Source: Octopus vulgaris
Taxonomy: Eukaryota
Reading direction: 5' to 3'
Assembly: GCA_951406725.2 (NCBI GenBank)
Contig: OX597815.1
Span: forward strand, 78,182,001 to 78,246,000
Length of the DNA: 64,000 nt
Shown here one piece after another: positions 40,130 through 61,407 of this stretch (positions are counted from its first letter, which is position 1; each line of letters begins with the position of its first letter). A model generated the notes under the pieces. It did not search any database, had not been told where the DNA came from, and saw nothing but the letters and a program-made list of their open reading frames with translations. Position numbers and translations under genes: made by a program.

Positions 40130-40625
40130 AGCTGCCTTAGTACCGGGTGTCCTCCAGAGGCCAAGAGTAGCAAGGTCACTTTTGTTTTGCTATACATGCT
40201 AAGATTATCAGCACATTTATTCCATTTTAGATGGAGAGTGCTTACCGTAGTATATCGGTTGTACATATCAAGGTTATCTGTTGTAGTTTACGGAGATGGA
40301 GTTACCAGGGAGTTGCTTAATATACTTTTCAGCTCCCTTCTTTATCATTCCCAACGTACCAATTATTACTAGTATTATCGTAGTACTAAGCTTCCACATT
40401 CTTGTGATTTCAATTTGCAGATCTTTATAGTGAGAAAACTTTTCGTATTCTTTTCTTGAGACATTTTGATCTTGTGGGACAAAAATATCTATCAACAGAC
40501 GAGTTCCTCTGTTGTAGTCCTTGATCACAATGTCTGGTCGATTGGAGTCGATTTTTCTGTCTGTATTGAGAAGTTCCAAAGGATGGTGACGTCCTTGCCA
40601 TTTACTACATACAGGTACCTGAATA
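40130..40625 (-). mobile_element. R4/Dong-like RLE-domain and 3' end remnant
   Basis: TDRKI..NRPDIVI.D, LLIDI.VP.D, EK...YKDLQIEI.RMW, VIIG.LG. Confidence 0.8.
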
Positions 40626-40859
40626 GTGCCTGTACCACTTATCATGGGATTTATCATTATCATCATCATTATTATTATTTAATTGTCTTTGCACATCTTC
40701 TAACGCTAGAGATGTACCACGGTGTCAGCTGTTCACTACCAGTGAACTGAGGTAACACCCCTTATTTTTCGAGTACCATCCGGAGTAATCGAGCGATTCC
40801 AAACTGCTGTTTTCTGCAAGTGCTCCACTTTTACTGCAGTCCATATTTGTGCCATGTAC

Positions 40860-40898
<39 letters not shown>

Positions 40899-40925
40899 GA
40901 TTATCATTATTATTTTCTCTTCAGA

Positions 40926-49557
<8,632 letters not shown>

Positions 49558-50094
49558 GATGGCAGAATACAATATACGACAAACTGCTTAACACTGTTTC
49601 ACCGAGTCCTTATAACTTTTTAATTCAAATTCCACTAAGGTCTACTTTGCCATTCATCTTTCCGAAATCTATAAAATACGCACCATTTAAATGCTGAGGG
49701 TCGACTAACTCATTCATATTATTCTTTTTTCTGGTTTCAACCATTGGACTGCGGCCATACTTGGGTACTGCTTTCGACAGTTTTAGTTGATCGTGTCGAC
49801 CCCTGTACTTGTTTGAGAATAGTAATTATGTTTTATCGCTCTCTCCTTATCGAATAGCTAAGTTTTGAATAGAGACGTCCTTTCACATCAAAAATTCATT
49901 TAATAGAGATCGATAAACACATGCGCGCGTGCACCGAAATTGCCAAATCTCCTCTATGTTGTTTTTTTTATTTTTCATTCATAAAGGAACATTATATTTT
50001 CCGTTAAAATAAAAGTCAGTTATCTAAAAATAAAAAGTCTTATTTTTATTAACTTTATGTCAATCGAAAAACAAAATAAATATATGTACTTATA

Positions 50095-50850
50095 TTAGGT
50101 CGTCAAGTATGAAATTTGTAGAAAGGAAAAAAGTTTGCTAATGTTTTATAAATACAAGGAATAGTTTTATTCATCAAAGTATGCACCCATATTGTCAATA
50201 CACTTTTGCCATTTCAGCGGTAGCTTGTCCAGTCCGGAACTGTAAAAGCCTGGCAACCTAGAGTCAATAAATCTTGGAAGACCTGTTTTAAAGTATTATT
50301 GGAATTAAATTTTTTTCTTATCGAAAAGTTATCCAAATTCTGGAAGAAGAGGTAGTCAGTGGAGGCAAGATCAGGTGAGTATGGTGGATGATGGAGAACT
50401 TCCAACTCCAACTCCTGTAGTTTTGCCAATGTCATTTTTGCGATGTGTGGTCTGGCATTGTCTTGCAATAAAATAGGAGTGGGTCTGTTGACTAATCTAG
50501 GCTGTGTTTTGTAAATTTCTCCATCATTTGGTCCGGTTGGCTACAGTATACTTCGGCCGTGATTGATGAGCTAGGTTTAATGAAATCATAACCGACACAC
50601 TTGCGCCAGACCACCAAACACACATCATCAGCTTCTTTTGATGAATTTTGCTTTTTGGACTGTGTTTTGGTGGCTTGTCTTTGTTCAACCATTGTGCTGA
50701 ACGTTTACGGTTGTTGTATTGGATCCATTTCTAATCAGATGTTACAATTCGATTCAGAAATGATTCATTTTGTGACAAGAAAGTAGCATAATGCAGGCTT
50801 CCAAACATTGCTGTTTCTGATTTTCATCGAGTTCATGTGGAACCCATGAC
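50095..50850 (-). mobile_element. Mariner remnant (3' two-thirds)
   Basis: WVPHEL at about 50845-50828, QDNARPH, HPPYSPDLASTDY.FF; TA-flanked TIR at 50095. Confidence 0.85.
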
Positions 50851-50946
50851 AAGGAATTTAAAAAAATTGAAATAATGGGTTTGTATCGTGAAAATTGACC
50901 GGCAACGAGGGTTATTCAATTAGTATATATATATAAAAATATATAT

Positions 50947-50986
<40 letters not shown>

Positions 50987-51434
50987 ATAAGAGAAGGATA
51001 GATAGATTATATTAGAAGAAAAATCAAAACCAAGGCGAAGCGAGTATCTTAAGTCTTAGAATAATTAAATTTGAAATCTTCGAACCGTTTCTGGGATAAC
51101 CCAAATGGTAGGTTAGCATGTCTATGTACTGGGTATTCCATCATAAGACAAGGTATGAATATTTTAGACGGGAAGAAATTTACAGTTTACAAGGAATAAA
51201 ATTCACAGTTTATAAGGAACAAAATAGAAGAATAAAGAATAAAAGTAGTTAGAAGAATATAGGCAGGAAAATAATGTTCACAACTCATATTTTTCCAGAG
51301 GATATGGGTGTTGGTCAGTACTTCCATGAAGGTACAGGTCTTTAGTTAAAATCCCAGATAAATCCAGATAAGTCCTTAGAATATTTTGCCAAAATACTGC
51401 CTGGATTTATCTGGGATTTTAACTAAAACGTGTT

Positions 51435-52050
51435 TCCAAATAACAGTTTGGTAAGTATAGGGGCCAGCTCTGGGGTGCAATGTTTGAGGATAATGGAAGG
51501 GACATTGTCAAGACCGGTGGTCTTATGAGTCTGAAGTAACTGAAGATACTTTCACATTGGGCATGTATACAAGGCGATGGATTGGATGAGTTAAAACGGG
51601 TGAATGTGGAAAAGATTTTGTCAAGCGTAGGACTTGTAAAGTTGGATGCAAAGCAAGCAGCAAGGATGACAGCTTATTTTGCTAGGTTAATGCTTACAAA
51701 GCCATTGTTAATATTAAGAGAGGGGAAAGAACATTTTGCAAATCTGGTGGAAACCCTTGTGGCAAAGGGCAAAAATCGGTGCAGTTTAAAAGGTGAGACA
51801 GCTTGAGGGCAGCATGAAGTCATCTGTAATTTGGATAGAGGTCTTGCAGAGAGTTGCGTTGCTAGGTATATGCCATTTAGTTGTGGTGAGTGGGATTGAC
51901 CTCTTGGTTTCAGAGTTTCTACAGACATTGTCAGGCTCAGAGCAACTACAAGTCAACCATTTGCAAGACATGGAACAATAAGTCTTTCTTGTACGTGGAA
52001 TACTAGAGGAGAACATATCTGAAAAGATAGTTTCAGTCACTTGCCTAGGT
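51435..52050 (-). mobile_element. CR1/Jockey-group LINE internal fragment
   Basis: Minus strand reads KTTGLDNVPSIILKHCTPELAPILTKL, the conserved pre-RT KA.GPD.I motif region. Confidence 0.6.
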
Positions 52051-53378
52051 GTTTCTCAAAACAAAAACATATGCTGTCAGAACTAGTTGGCATAACTATA
52101 ATCATCACACACACAACAAACAAAGGTAATGTGTGTGTATGTGTAGGGGTAATATATATGTAATAAACAGCTTCCTGGATTATAAGCCAGAGATTCAGAA
52201 CCAAATCTACATTTCCTTTCTATTGTTCTTGGCTTTTGTATTTAAAAATGTATGAGACTCAGTTGTCACACTTAGTTAAGTTCTGTTGTTTAAGGGAACA
52301 TTCTTAGGTTAAATAGGGTTCAGACAAGATAGGAGATGGAAAATCCTTTGTTCAGCCTGACCTAATTTAATTAGAAAGAAATATAAATACGGAACCCAAA
52401 ATTGGTTCTCCCTCTTTGGTCACTTAGCGCTGAGCCGAAGAGCAACTATTTCTCTTCCTTCACTTATGGATTGTCATCGCACAACAATACAATTTTCATC
52501 CTATCTACTCATCAACCCAGAGAAGTAAATTCTTTTAACTCTTTCCTCTCCTTTTTCCATTCGTCTTCTAGCAAGTCAGCAAAAGATGATGTTAACTACC
52601 TACAGACTGGATATCAATACTGCAAATAATCACTGTACTACAACTCACAGAAGTTGAACAACGAAAATAAAAAGCCACATTATCGACTAATATTTTTCTC
52701 CCTTTCATTTATTTGTCACATATAAATCATTACATATATCAGCCTTCATCACCACCTTTATCATCAGCACCAACACAACTAGCATCAAAACCAAAACCAA
52801 TACAGCCACCGCTATTACCAACACATTCCTTAATGACCTACAAGAACAGTAACAACTGTATAAACATGATAGACAACCCCATTTCAAATTTAAAGAAACA
52901 ATCACATCAAATAATTTGGTACACTTTGTTTATTCAAAATGTTCTACGTGTTTTTATACAACATTATTTTTTATTGCTAATATTTTTTTAATGTTGCTTC
53001 TGATGAAATTCTTTTCAATTAAAGAAGTTTTTTTTTTTTCTTTGCTGGTGATTCACATGCTTTTAAAAGGAAAATATATTTTTCTTCCTTGAAATAGAAA
53101 GTAAGATATTCGCTTCACAACTGTGTGGTTCTGAGCTTATCCTCAGTGTGCGGCACATTGGTTCATTATCTTCTTTTTTAGCCCCCCAAGCCAGCCAACC
53201 TTGTACTTATTCCATCGATTTCTTTGCCAAACTGCTAAGCTTGGCAAAGGAGACCGGTGATGGTGAGGGAACAAACACAAACACAAAGACATTTGCCCAG
53301 GGTGCCATGCAGTGTGATTGAACCCGGGACCACGTGGTTGTGAAGTAAGCTTCTTACCACACTGCCATGCCTGTATGT

Positions 53379-53423
<45 letters not shown>

Positions 53424-53980
53424 AAGAGAAAAATATGAAAAAACACAGAAGATTTATTTTACAGGATTAAGGAGTATATTAGTGCCATGATAATAAAGTT
53501 ATTATACAATTGTGTACAAAATAAGATTTTGTCTTTCAAAATAATTAAAGTATGAACCTGTTTCGCATTGCTCATCAAGCTATGGGTTATAAAAATAGAC
53601 ATATTGCTTATATTATATATGTTGTTCTGGGTGTAGACATGTATAAATTTATATGTATACAGAGATATTTTAAGAGTGTCCTGTATATCTAATTTTCTAA
53701 TCTGGCAATCCTAGATTAAACCCCTCAAAGTGATGCCCCAGCATGGCTGCAATTCAACGATGTCCATGTTAGTTGCACGCTGAAATAAGAAACTACCAAT
53801 GGACTTCCTTTAACCGGAAGTTTTGTTCTGCTAAAGATTCATTCTGAACAGCACTATACAGATTTATTACTTGTTAGAAGAGATAGAGAGAAGAGTGAAG
53901 TAAAAATAAATTGCTGAAAGTGAATTGGAAGTCGCTAACAGTGGACTTCTTCTTAAGTTCCTTATCTAAAATTGGTAAAA

Positions 53981-54039
<59 letters not shown>

Positions 54040-54049
54040 GTATACATCA

Positions 54050-54423
54050 GAATCAAAATCAAAATCAAAATCAAAATCAATCAACATCAATGGAAATTGT
54101 AACTGTGATACCAGTGCCGGGGGCACGTAAGAGAACCATCCGAACATGGCCGTTGCCAGCCTCGCCTGGCCTCCGTGCCGGTGGCACGTAAAAAGCACCA
54201 TCCGATCATGGCCGTTTGCCAGCCTCGTCTGGCACCTGTGTCGGTGGCACGTAAAAAGCACCCACTACACTCACGGAGTGGTTGGCGTTAGGAAGGGCAT
54301 CCAGCCGTAGAAACATTGCCAGATCAGACTGAGCCTGGTGCAGCCTTCTGGCCTTCCAGACCCCAGTTGAACCGTCCAACCCATGCCAGCATGGAAAGCG
54401 GACGCTAAACAACGATGATGATG
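54050..54423 (+). mobile_element. RTE-tailed SINE-like element
   Basis: Internal repeats GGTGGCACGTAAAAAGCACC, GGTTGGCGTTAGGAAGGGCATCC, (GAT)n tail; same family as 8498-8812. Confidence 0.75.
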
Positions 54424-54925
54424 ATATATATATATATATGTAATATAATATAATATAATAGCTACTGCAGTTTGTTTGACTGGGGAATTTTGCTTTTTCT
54501 CAATTCACGACCAGAGACACCAACAGATATTCAAGCAACTGTTATTAGACCAGTGTTTCTCAAATGGTACACTGCACCACACTGGTGAATAGCAGGGAAT
54601 ATATAAGTGCACAGAAGGTTTTGTTTCTTTTTTGATTTAATTTAAGTCACAGGCATTGCTGTATAGTTAAGGAGTTCATTCCCCTACCGTGTGGTTTTAG
54701 GTTCAGTCCCACTGTGTAGAATTTTGGCTTCATCTTGTGAGTGGATATGACAGACAGAAACTTAAAGGAGCCTGTCTGTGTTTAGGTGCAGGCCTGGTTG
54801 TGGGGTTAAGAAACCTGCTTTGCAACCATGTAGTTTCAGATCCAGTCTCACAGCATGGCACACCTTGGGTAAGTGTCTCCTACTAAAACTCCAGGCCAAC
54901 CAATGATTGTGTGGTAGCCTGTCAC

Positions 54926-54996
<71 letters not shown>

Positions 54997-55018
54997 TGTG
55001 TGTGTTTGTGTGTGTGTT

Positions 55019-55121
<103 letters not shown>

Positions 55122-57191
55122 ATGTGATTTTGTCCCATTAGCACTACTGCTTGACAAATGATGTTGGTTTCCTTACATCTTCTTAAATTAGCAGTTCAGC
55201 AAAAAAAAAAAAAGGCTGATAGAATAAGTACCAGACTTAAAAACAGGTACTGGGGGTTGATTTGTTCCATTATAACCCTTTAAGGCAATACCCCAGCATG
55301 GCAGCAGTGAAACAAGTAAAATATATAAGTATTTTGCATGTATGTGTTTTCCTGTATTAACATTGTGTGATGATCATAAATGAGTGTCACCATCATACAA
55401 ATGGTGTTGCTTGCTTTTCAGTCTTCTGTGAATACATGTCCAGTCACTGAGAAAGATTACCTTGCTTAGAAGCAAATGAAGGTTGGTAAAAAGAAGAACA
55501 TCCACTTACAGGAAATCTACTTCAATAAATTCCATTTGATCCATGTGTGCATGGAAACATGGACATTGGAACAATGACGATGAATTTAAGGCTTTTCAAT
55601 AAACCGAAGGTATCTTGAAAAACCAAGTTATTCATATTTTCGTTCAGCTCTTCACTTATTTACTTCTTTAGTCTTTGGACTGCAGCCTTGCCCAGACACC
55701 ACCTTCAAGAGTTTAGTCAATCAAATTGAACCCAATGCTTATTTTTTGAAATCTGATAGTATGTTAACAAACCATTAATTTTAGGAGGATGTACACAAAC
55801 CTAATGTCAAGAGAAGATAGAAAAATATAAACATGCACATACATACCTATATATACTGACACAAAAATATGTGCATGTGTGTGTGAGTGTGTGTGATGGC
55901 CTCCGCAGATTTTCTCTCTACTAAATTCAGTCACAAGTCATCAGTTGGCCTGAGTTTATAGAGGACACTATCTCTGAACTTCTTAACCACACAACCATGC
56001 TTATACCTATATAACAGTAACATTAACATTACACAGTAAACAGTAGTTTATACTTTTTCATAAATATTTAACTTTCCATACAAAGTGTATAAGTCAATTT
56101 TAACTTTCATGTAAAGTGCACAATTCTTTTTGTGTGTGCTCTGTATGCACCACAACTTCAAAACATATTCAGAACTACTGAGCTCTGTCATCAAATATAA
56201 TTATGCTGTTAAATAATAACAAGAACCAACACTTGTTCAACTTTGTTTTATCCTTGATCCACAACAGCTCATGTTTTTGCAAGAACAAATTGTTACATTC
56301 TTTTCTGTAGATGCAGTATTATTTTCTGAATATGTAAAGGACTTTACAGGCTTTAAAGGGTCTTGTTTGATTGTGTTTATTGAGGTCTCCTTATTTAAAG
56401 GAGATATATTCAGTTTTTAAGGCATTAACATTGTGGCCATTTTCATCATTTTAGTGTCTAGCTTTCCAGTCTATTTCCATGGGTTAGATGTGAACTGTTG
56501 AAGGAGAATTTCAACAATCAGATTTCCTTCCTGTCAGTAGCCCTCAACTGTTTCCAAGCAAGATAACATTTACCCTTGTCTGGACATGTTTTCATAGAAG
56601 GTAGCAAACAAACATCACAATGTGTATGATGGTAAAACCTGTTAACAATAAGCTCATGATGTGAACAAACCCAATATCTTCTGTAACTTTTTCAAGCTCA
56701 TGCAACAAAGCCATAGCTTTTGAGCAGGTGTCTGTGAGGAGCAGCATCACAGACATGTCTGTTATTGTTGTGGCTGTGTGACTAGTGGAAATGGATTTTG
56801 TACAGTGAAACAGAATTCTTTAATTTTGATAATTGAAGTGTGAAGAACTTAATCTAGGCAAATGATAAATAGGAATAGTGTAGGCATATCACCTTACAAG
56901 ATGCTTGCACTAATATGGAAGGAATCAGTATTTCCATTAGTTGATCCTACTTTAGTTTGTGTATTTGACTGCATGGCTACAGTCAAATGACTGAAACGAA
57001 TATGAATTGGACCAAATTCTTTTCACATATGGTGCACTTTAAGTAGTAGAAGTAGTTGTAGCAGCAACTACTATTATCCGGTATAAATAATGCTGCTGCT
57101 GCTGCTGCTACTACTACTACTACTACCACCACTACTACTATTTCTCAAAGTGCACCATATGTGAAAAGAATTTGGTCCAATTCATATATAC

Positions 57192-57551
57192 ATTCTTTTA
57201 TTCTTTTACTTGTTTCAGTCATTTGACTGCGGCCATGCAGAAGCACCGCCTTTAGTCGAGCAAACTGACCCAGGACTTATTCTTTTTAAGCCTTGTACTT
57301 ATTCTATTGGTCACTTTTGCCGAACCGTTAAGTTACGGGTAAGCACACCAGCATCGGTTATCAAGCGATGTTGGGGGTACAAACACAGACACACAAATAC
57401 ATACATATATATGACGGGCTTCTTTCCATTTCCATCTACCAAATCCACTCACAAGCCTTTGGTTGGCCCGGGGCTATAGTAGAAGTGGGACTGAACCCGG
57501 GACCATGTGGCTGGTAAGCAAGCTACTTACCACACAGCCGCTCCTGCGCCT
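57192..57551 (-). mobile_element. SINE family B, near full length
   Basis: Head GGCGCAGGAGCGGCTGTGTGGTAAG...GGTTCAGTCCC on the minus strand. Confidence 0.85.
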
Positions 57552-57565
57552 AAAAATAATTGTTT

Positions 57566-57646
57566 CACCCCTAGGGAGACATGAACCCACGATCCTCAGA
57601 TAACTCTGTTAAGATTCGGTCATAAAAGCCTGGTGCTCTACCAAGC
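57566..57646 (-). pseudogene. 5'-truncated intron-containing tRNA-Lys(UUU)-like sequence
   Basis: Minus strand GCTTGGTAGAGCACCAGGC-TTTTA-[21-nt insert]-ATCTGAGGATCGTGGGTTCATGTCTCCCTAGGGGTG, with a T-run downstream. The acceptor 5' strand is missing. Confidence 0.55.
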
Positions 57647-57736
57647 ATATTTTAGTAATAATAAAGAGTAAAATCAATAATGATTTTACCTGATAGCCAG
57701 TGCGGAAAATAAAAACCTTTTAGGCAAATTTTACAA

Positions 57737-58064
57737 ATTATTTTATAATTATATACATAATTATAACAAGGGGTCAGCTTAATGCATCACCACGTGCTGC
57801 TAGAAATAGACGTTAAAGTCTTTTTTACTACCTTAAAATCTCCGAGAATAACACACTTATTGTGGGCAAGTAAAAGAAAGATAATGAATCGAACTTCGTT
57901 AACCAAGTTCGATTCAATATCTTTCTTTTACTTACCCACAATAAGTGTGCTATTCTCGGATATTGTAAGGTAGTAAAAAAGACTTTAACGTCTATTTCTA
58001 GCAGTGCATGGTGATGCATTAAGCTGAACCCTTGTTATAATTATGTATATAATTATAAAATAAT
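57737..58064. repeat. 328-bp spacerless imperfect palindrome (fold-back)
   Basis: Symmetric about 57900/57901 (GAACTTCGTT|AACCAAGTTC); explains the mirror ORFs 57782+ and 57828-. Confidence 0.92.
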
Positions 58065-58066
58065 AT

Positions 58067-58683
58067 GGATCTTTTCCTTTTGAACGGCAGATGTCAACAC
58101 AATTTCTAGTTAACTAAACACTTTTAAACTTCGTATACTGGTAGAATGTGTTTATAAAACATCAATTTCTCTTGGTTTTATTGAGAAAATTCTATAGTTT
58201 GTAAGATATTTCATCTGAAAATCCGAGCATTTCGGCAATTTTAACCAATCAATTACCTCCATTCAACTAAAATCATTTGCTGCGTCTAAAACTGAGGTAA
58301 CATCCTGTAACTAACCCTAAACCTCCCCCCTAACCCTAACCCTAACCCTAAATTTTTTTTCTTAACTGTTAAATTAATTTAATTCCAGTGCTTTAGTTTT
58401 TTTACATGCGTAACAATTAAATTAATTTAACAATTAAGAAAAAAAATTTAGGGTTAGGGTTAGGGGGGAGTTTTAGGGTTAGTTACAGGATGTTGTCTCA
58501 GTTTTACACGCAGCAAATGATTTTAGCTCAAAAGAGAGCATAGGATTGGTTAAACAAATTACAATTTTCTCAAGAAAGCCAAGTGAAAAAAATGTTTTTT
58601 ATTTTGACGCATTCTACCAGTATACGAAGTTTTAAAGTGTTTAGTTAACTAGAAATTGTCTGCCGTTCAAAAGGAAAAGGTCC
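58067..58683. mobile_element. Fold-back MITE with GG-starting TIRs, 8-bp TSD and inverted telomeric repeats
   Basis: GGATCTTTTCCTTTGAACGGCAG ... CTGCCGTTCAAAAGGAAAAGGTCC; TSD AATAATAT at 58059-58066 and 58684-58691; (CCCTAA)n near 58310-58350 and (TTAGGG)n near 58448-58480. Confidence 0.85.
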
Positions 58684-58687
58684 AATA

Positions 58688-58712
<25 letters not shown>

Positions 58713-58719
<7 letters not shown>

Positions 58720-59327
58720 ATGCATATTTATGTAGTTAAAACAAATGGCTTCGCAACTACGTTGTTCTAGTTTCGATCCTACTGTGCATAGGACAAATTT
58801 CTTCTTTCGTAGCCTCGAATCGGGCACTGACTTGTGAATGGAATTTAGTAAACGGTGAAGTATGCACGTCTTATGTAAAGAGTAACAACCCTTGCTGGTC
58901 CCCACTTATTGCCAACCACAAACTTCTTTTTAATTACATGCTTGAGAGTAAGTGGGGTGGGGAAACAGTAAAATATAGTAATAATCTCTGTACGTTTAGA
59001 CGTTTATCACTACCAACCCTGGCTGCTGCTGAAACCGAATTAACAGCGCGAGTTAACCGTCTACACGTAGTAAACTTAGGAAATGTTTACACGTTTACTG
59101 TTTTTCTACGGTGTAAACAATTCTCTCATTCAGTTTGTGGGTTTCTCAGGGTCGGAGTAGTACATACCATCTGATCTTCCATCATCAAGCGAATACTTAC
59201 TTTCATCAAGTAAGTCCAGTTCTATATGCCAAAATCAAGGCTTCTAACAAGTGCCCAAATATACTTGAATGCGAATCCATTTGTGCGTGCGCGTGTGTGA
59301 GTATTCTTGCTTGATGTAACACATGTA

Positions 59328-59330
<3 letters not shown>
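58713..59330 (+). repeat. Dispersed duplicated block, copy 2
   Basis: See 24781-25575; near-identical minus ORFs at 24782 and 58714. Confidence 0.85.
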
Positions 59331-59404
<74 letters not shown>

Positions 59405-59438
59405 ACATATATATACACATACATATATATATATATAT

Positions 59439-59492
<54 letters not shown>

Positions 59493-59508
59493 GTATATAT
59501 ACATATGC

Positions 59509-59539
<31 letters not shown>

Positions 59540-59572
59540 CATATATGTATATGTATATATACATGTGTGTGT

Positions 59573-59690
59573 GAGGTGCAATGGCCCAGTGGTTAGGGCA
59601 GCGGACTCGCGGTCGTAGGATCGCGTTTTCGATTCCCAGACCGGGCATTGTGAGTGCTTATTGAGTGAAAACACCTAACAGCTCCACGAA
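59573..59690 (+). mobile_element. tRNA-derived SINE head (family C)
   Basis: A box TGGCCCAGTGG, B-box-like TTTCGATTCCC, followed by a non-tRNA body. Confidence 0.65.
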
Positions 59691-60123
59691 ACTGTCCTGC
59701 ACGCAATCTTTCAGTATTTGTGCATTAGCGACATATGAGTTTGTGTCGAGCAGTTGTTGTTTCGGTTTTCTGCCGAAGGAGAAAGGAAGAGAAGGAAGTG
59801 GTAAATCTTTCTGTACTTAGTGAGGCTGTGTGATGGGCCCATCCGAAAAGCTTGAAGACAGGCACTTTCTTGAGGTGAAGCTCTCATCATTTGGAAAGGA
59901 AGGTGAGAGTTAGTAGGCGGCGGCTGTCTTCTTGTGTGCATGTCGGAAGATGAGTGAGAGTGGAAAGACAAGTGAGGCTGAATGAGCCTACTTTGAATAT
60001 GCTTTTCAAAATAAGAGAAGAGAAAATAGAAAAGAACATGCCCAGTGCCTTGGAGACGTGAGAATAATCCGAGACTTTCATGCGTGGGGTTTCCCCCGAA
60101 TTACCTTGGACGGACTACTATTA

Positions 60124-60447
60124 GAGTGCTGGCAGAATCGTTAGCACGCCCAGCGAAATGCTTAGCCGTATTTTGTCTGCCGTTACGTTCTGAGTTCAAA
60201 TTCCGCCGAGGTCGACTTTGCCTTCCATCCTTTCGGGGTCGATTAAATAAGTACCAGTTATGCACTGGGGTCGATATAATTGACTTAATCCGTTTGGCTG
60301 TCCTTGTTTGTCCTCTCTGTGTTTAGCCCCTTGTGGGTAGTAAAGAAATAGGTATTTCTGCCGCTACGATCTGAGTTCAAATTCCGCCGAGGTCGACGTT
60401 ACTTTTCATCCTTTCGGGTCGATTAAATAAGTACAAGTTACGTACTG
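60124..60447 (+). mobile_element. SINE family A
   Basis: Family A consensus with an internal duplication. Confidence 0.85.
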
Positions 60448-61092
60448 AGAAAAATGTATCAATCTCTATCTACACATTCAGATTCTGAATTCAAACGTCA
60501 TGCACAGTGTTTATAAGAGACCGGTAAAACGAGCCACGGCGTAAAACTGGATATGACGTGATAAATTAAATAATAAAGGATTAAATAATAAAAATTAAAT
60601 AATAAATGTAAAACTACATTATGCAGGATATTGCAATAGAGTACTAATTTTTTATTTTTATTTAGATTTTGAATTTTATGCTATGTCACCCGTCGACAGC
60701 TTTTATTGTGAGGAGATATGAGTGTTTATAGTGGCTTTATAGCAGTTTTGACTGCTGTTTCTAGACATGCAAGGATTTTTACAACCCTCTCCGTCATAAT
60801 TGTGATTTATTCGCAATTATTCACTCTTCGTTTATCAAAAAAAAATTTTTTTGAAATATGTTCTCGCCACTAACATATTCGTAAACAATCTTGAATTGTT
60901 TACGATATATCCTTCGTAATATATTTTTACATTCCTCTTTTATTATTTAATTCTCGCATACTTCACCGTTTTGGGGTGTGACTTGTTTTACTGATCTCTT
61001 CTTATAAACGCTGTACATGGCGTTTGAATTCAGAGTTAGAATGTGTAGATAGAGGTTGATACAATTTTTCTTGCCAGTCGGGACACATGTTA
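60447..61092. mobile_element. MITE with about 70-bp inverted repeats, possibly piggyBac-like
   Basis: AAAAATGTATCAATCTCTATCTACACATTC...TTTATAAGA is inverted at about 61000-61070; the right end runs into TTAA; 60650-60830 is repeated at 61205-61395. Confidence 0.55.
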
Positions 61093-61407
61093 AACCCCAA
61101 GGTATGTTTTCTGCGTTAATTTCTATGTACAGAAATGTTCTCCCGGCGAGAATAATGAAACCTTTTTGGTTCCTAACTTCGAAATTGCAATGGAGGACTA
61201 ACCTCTTATTTTTATTTAAATTCTGAATTTTATGTCGTGTCGCCTGCCAACAACAACTATTATTGTGAAGAGATATAATATGAGTGGTTATAATAGCTTT
61301 ATAGCGGTTTTGACTGGTATTTCTAGACGTGTAAGGGTTTTTTTATAACCCTCTCCGTTATAATTACGATTTATTCACAATTATACACTCTTCTTATGTG
61401 AATATAT

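Noticed and set aside
57782-58019. Two near-identical 63-aa ORFs on opposite strands
   Set aside because: Consequence of the palindrome, not a gene pair.
58300-58490. Telomere fusion site or true chromosome end
   Set aside because: Only a few hexamer units, inside a TIR/TSD-bounded MITE, and oriented CCCTAA then TTAGGG, opposite to an end-to-end fusion.
59573-59650. Functional tRNA genes at SINE heads (also 24570-24643 and 61670-61742)
   Set aside because: A/B boxes are present but acceptor stems are broken and SINE bodies follow.
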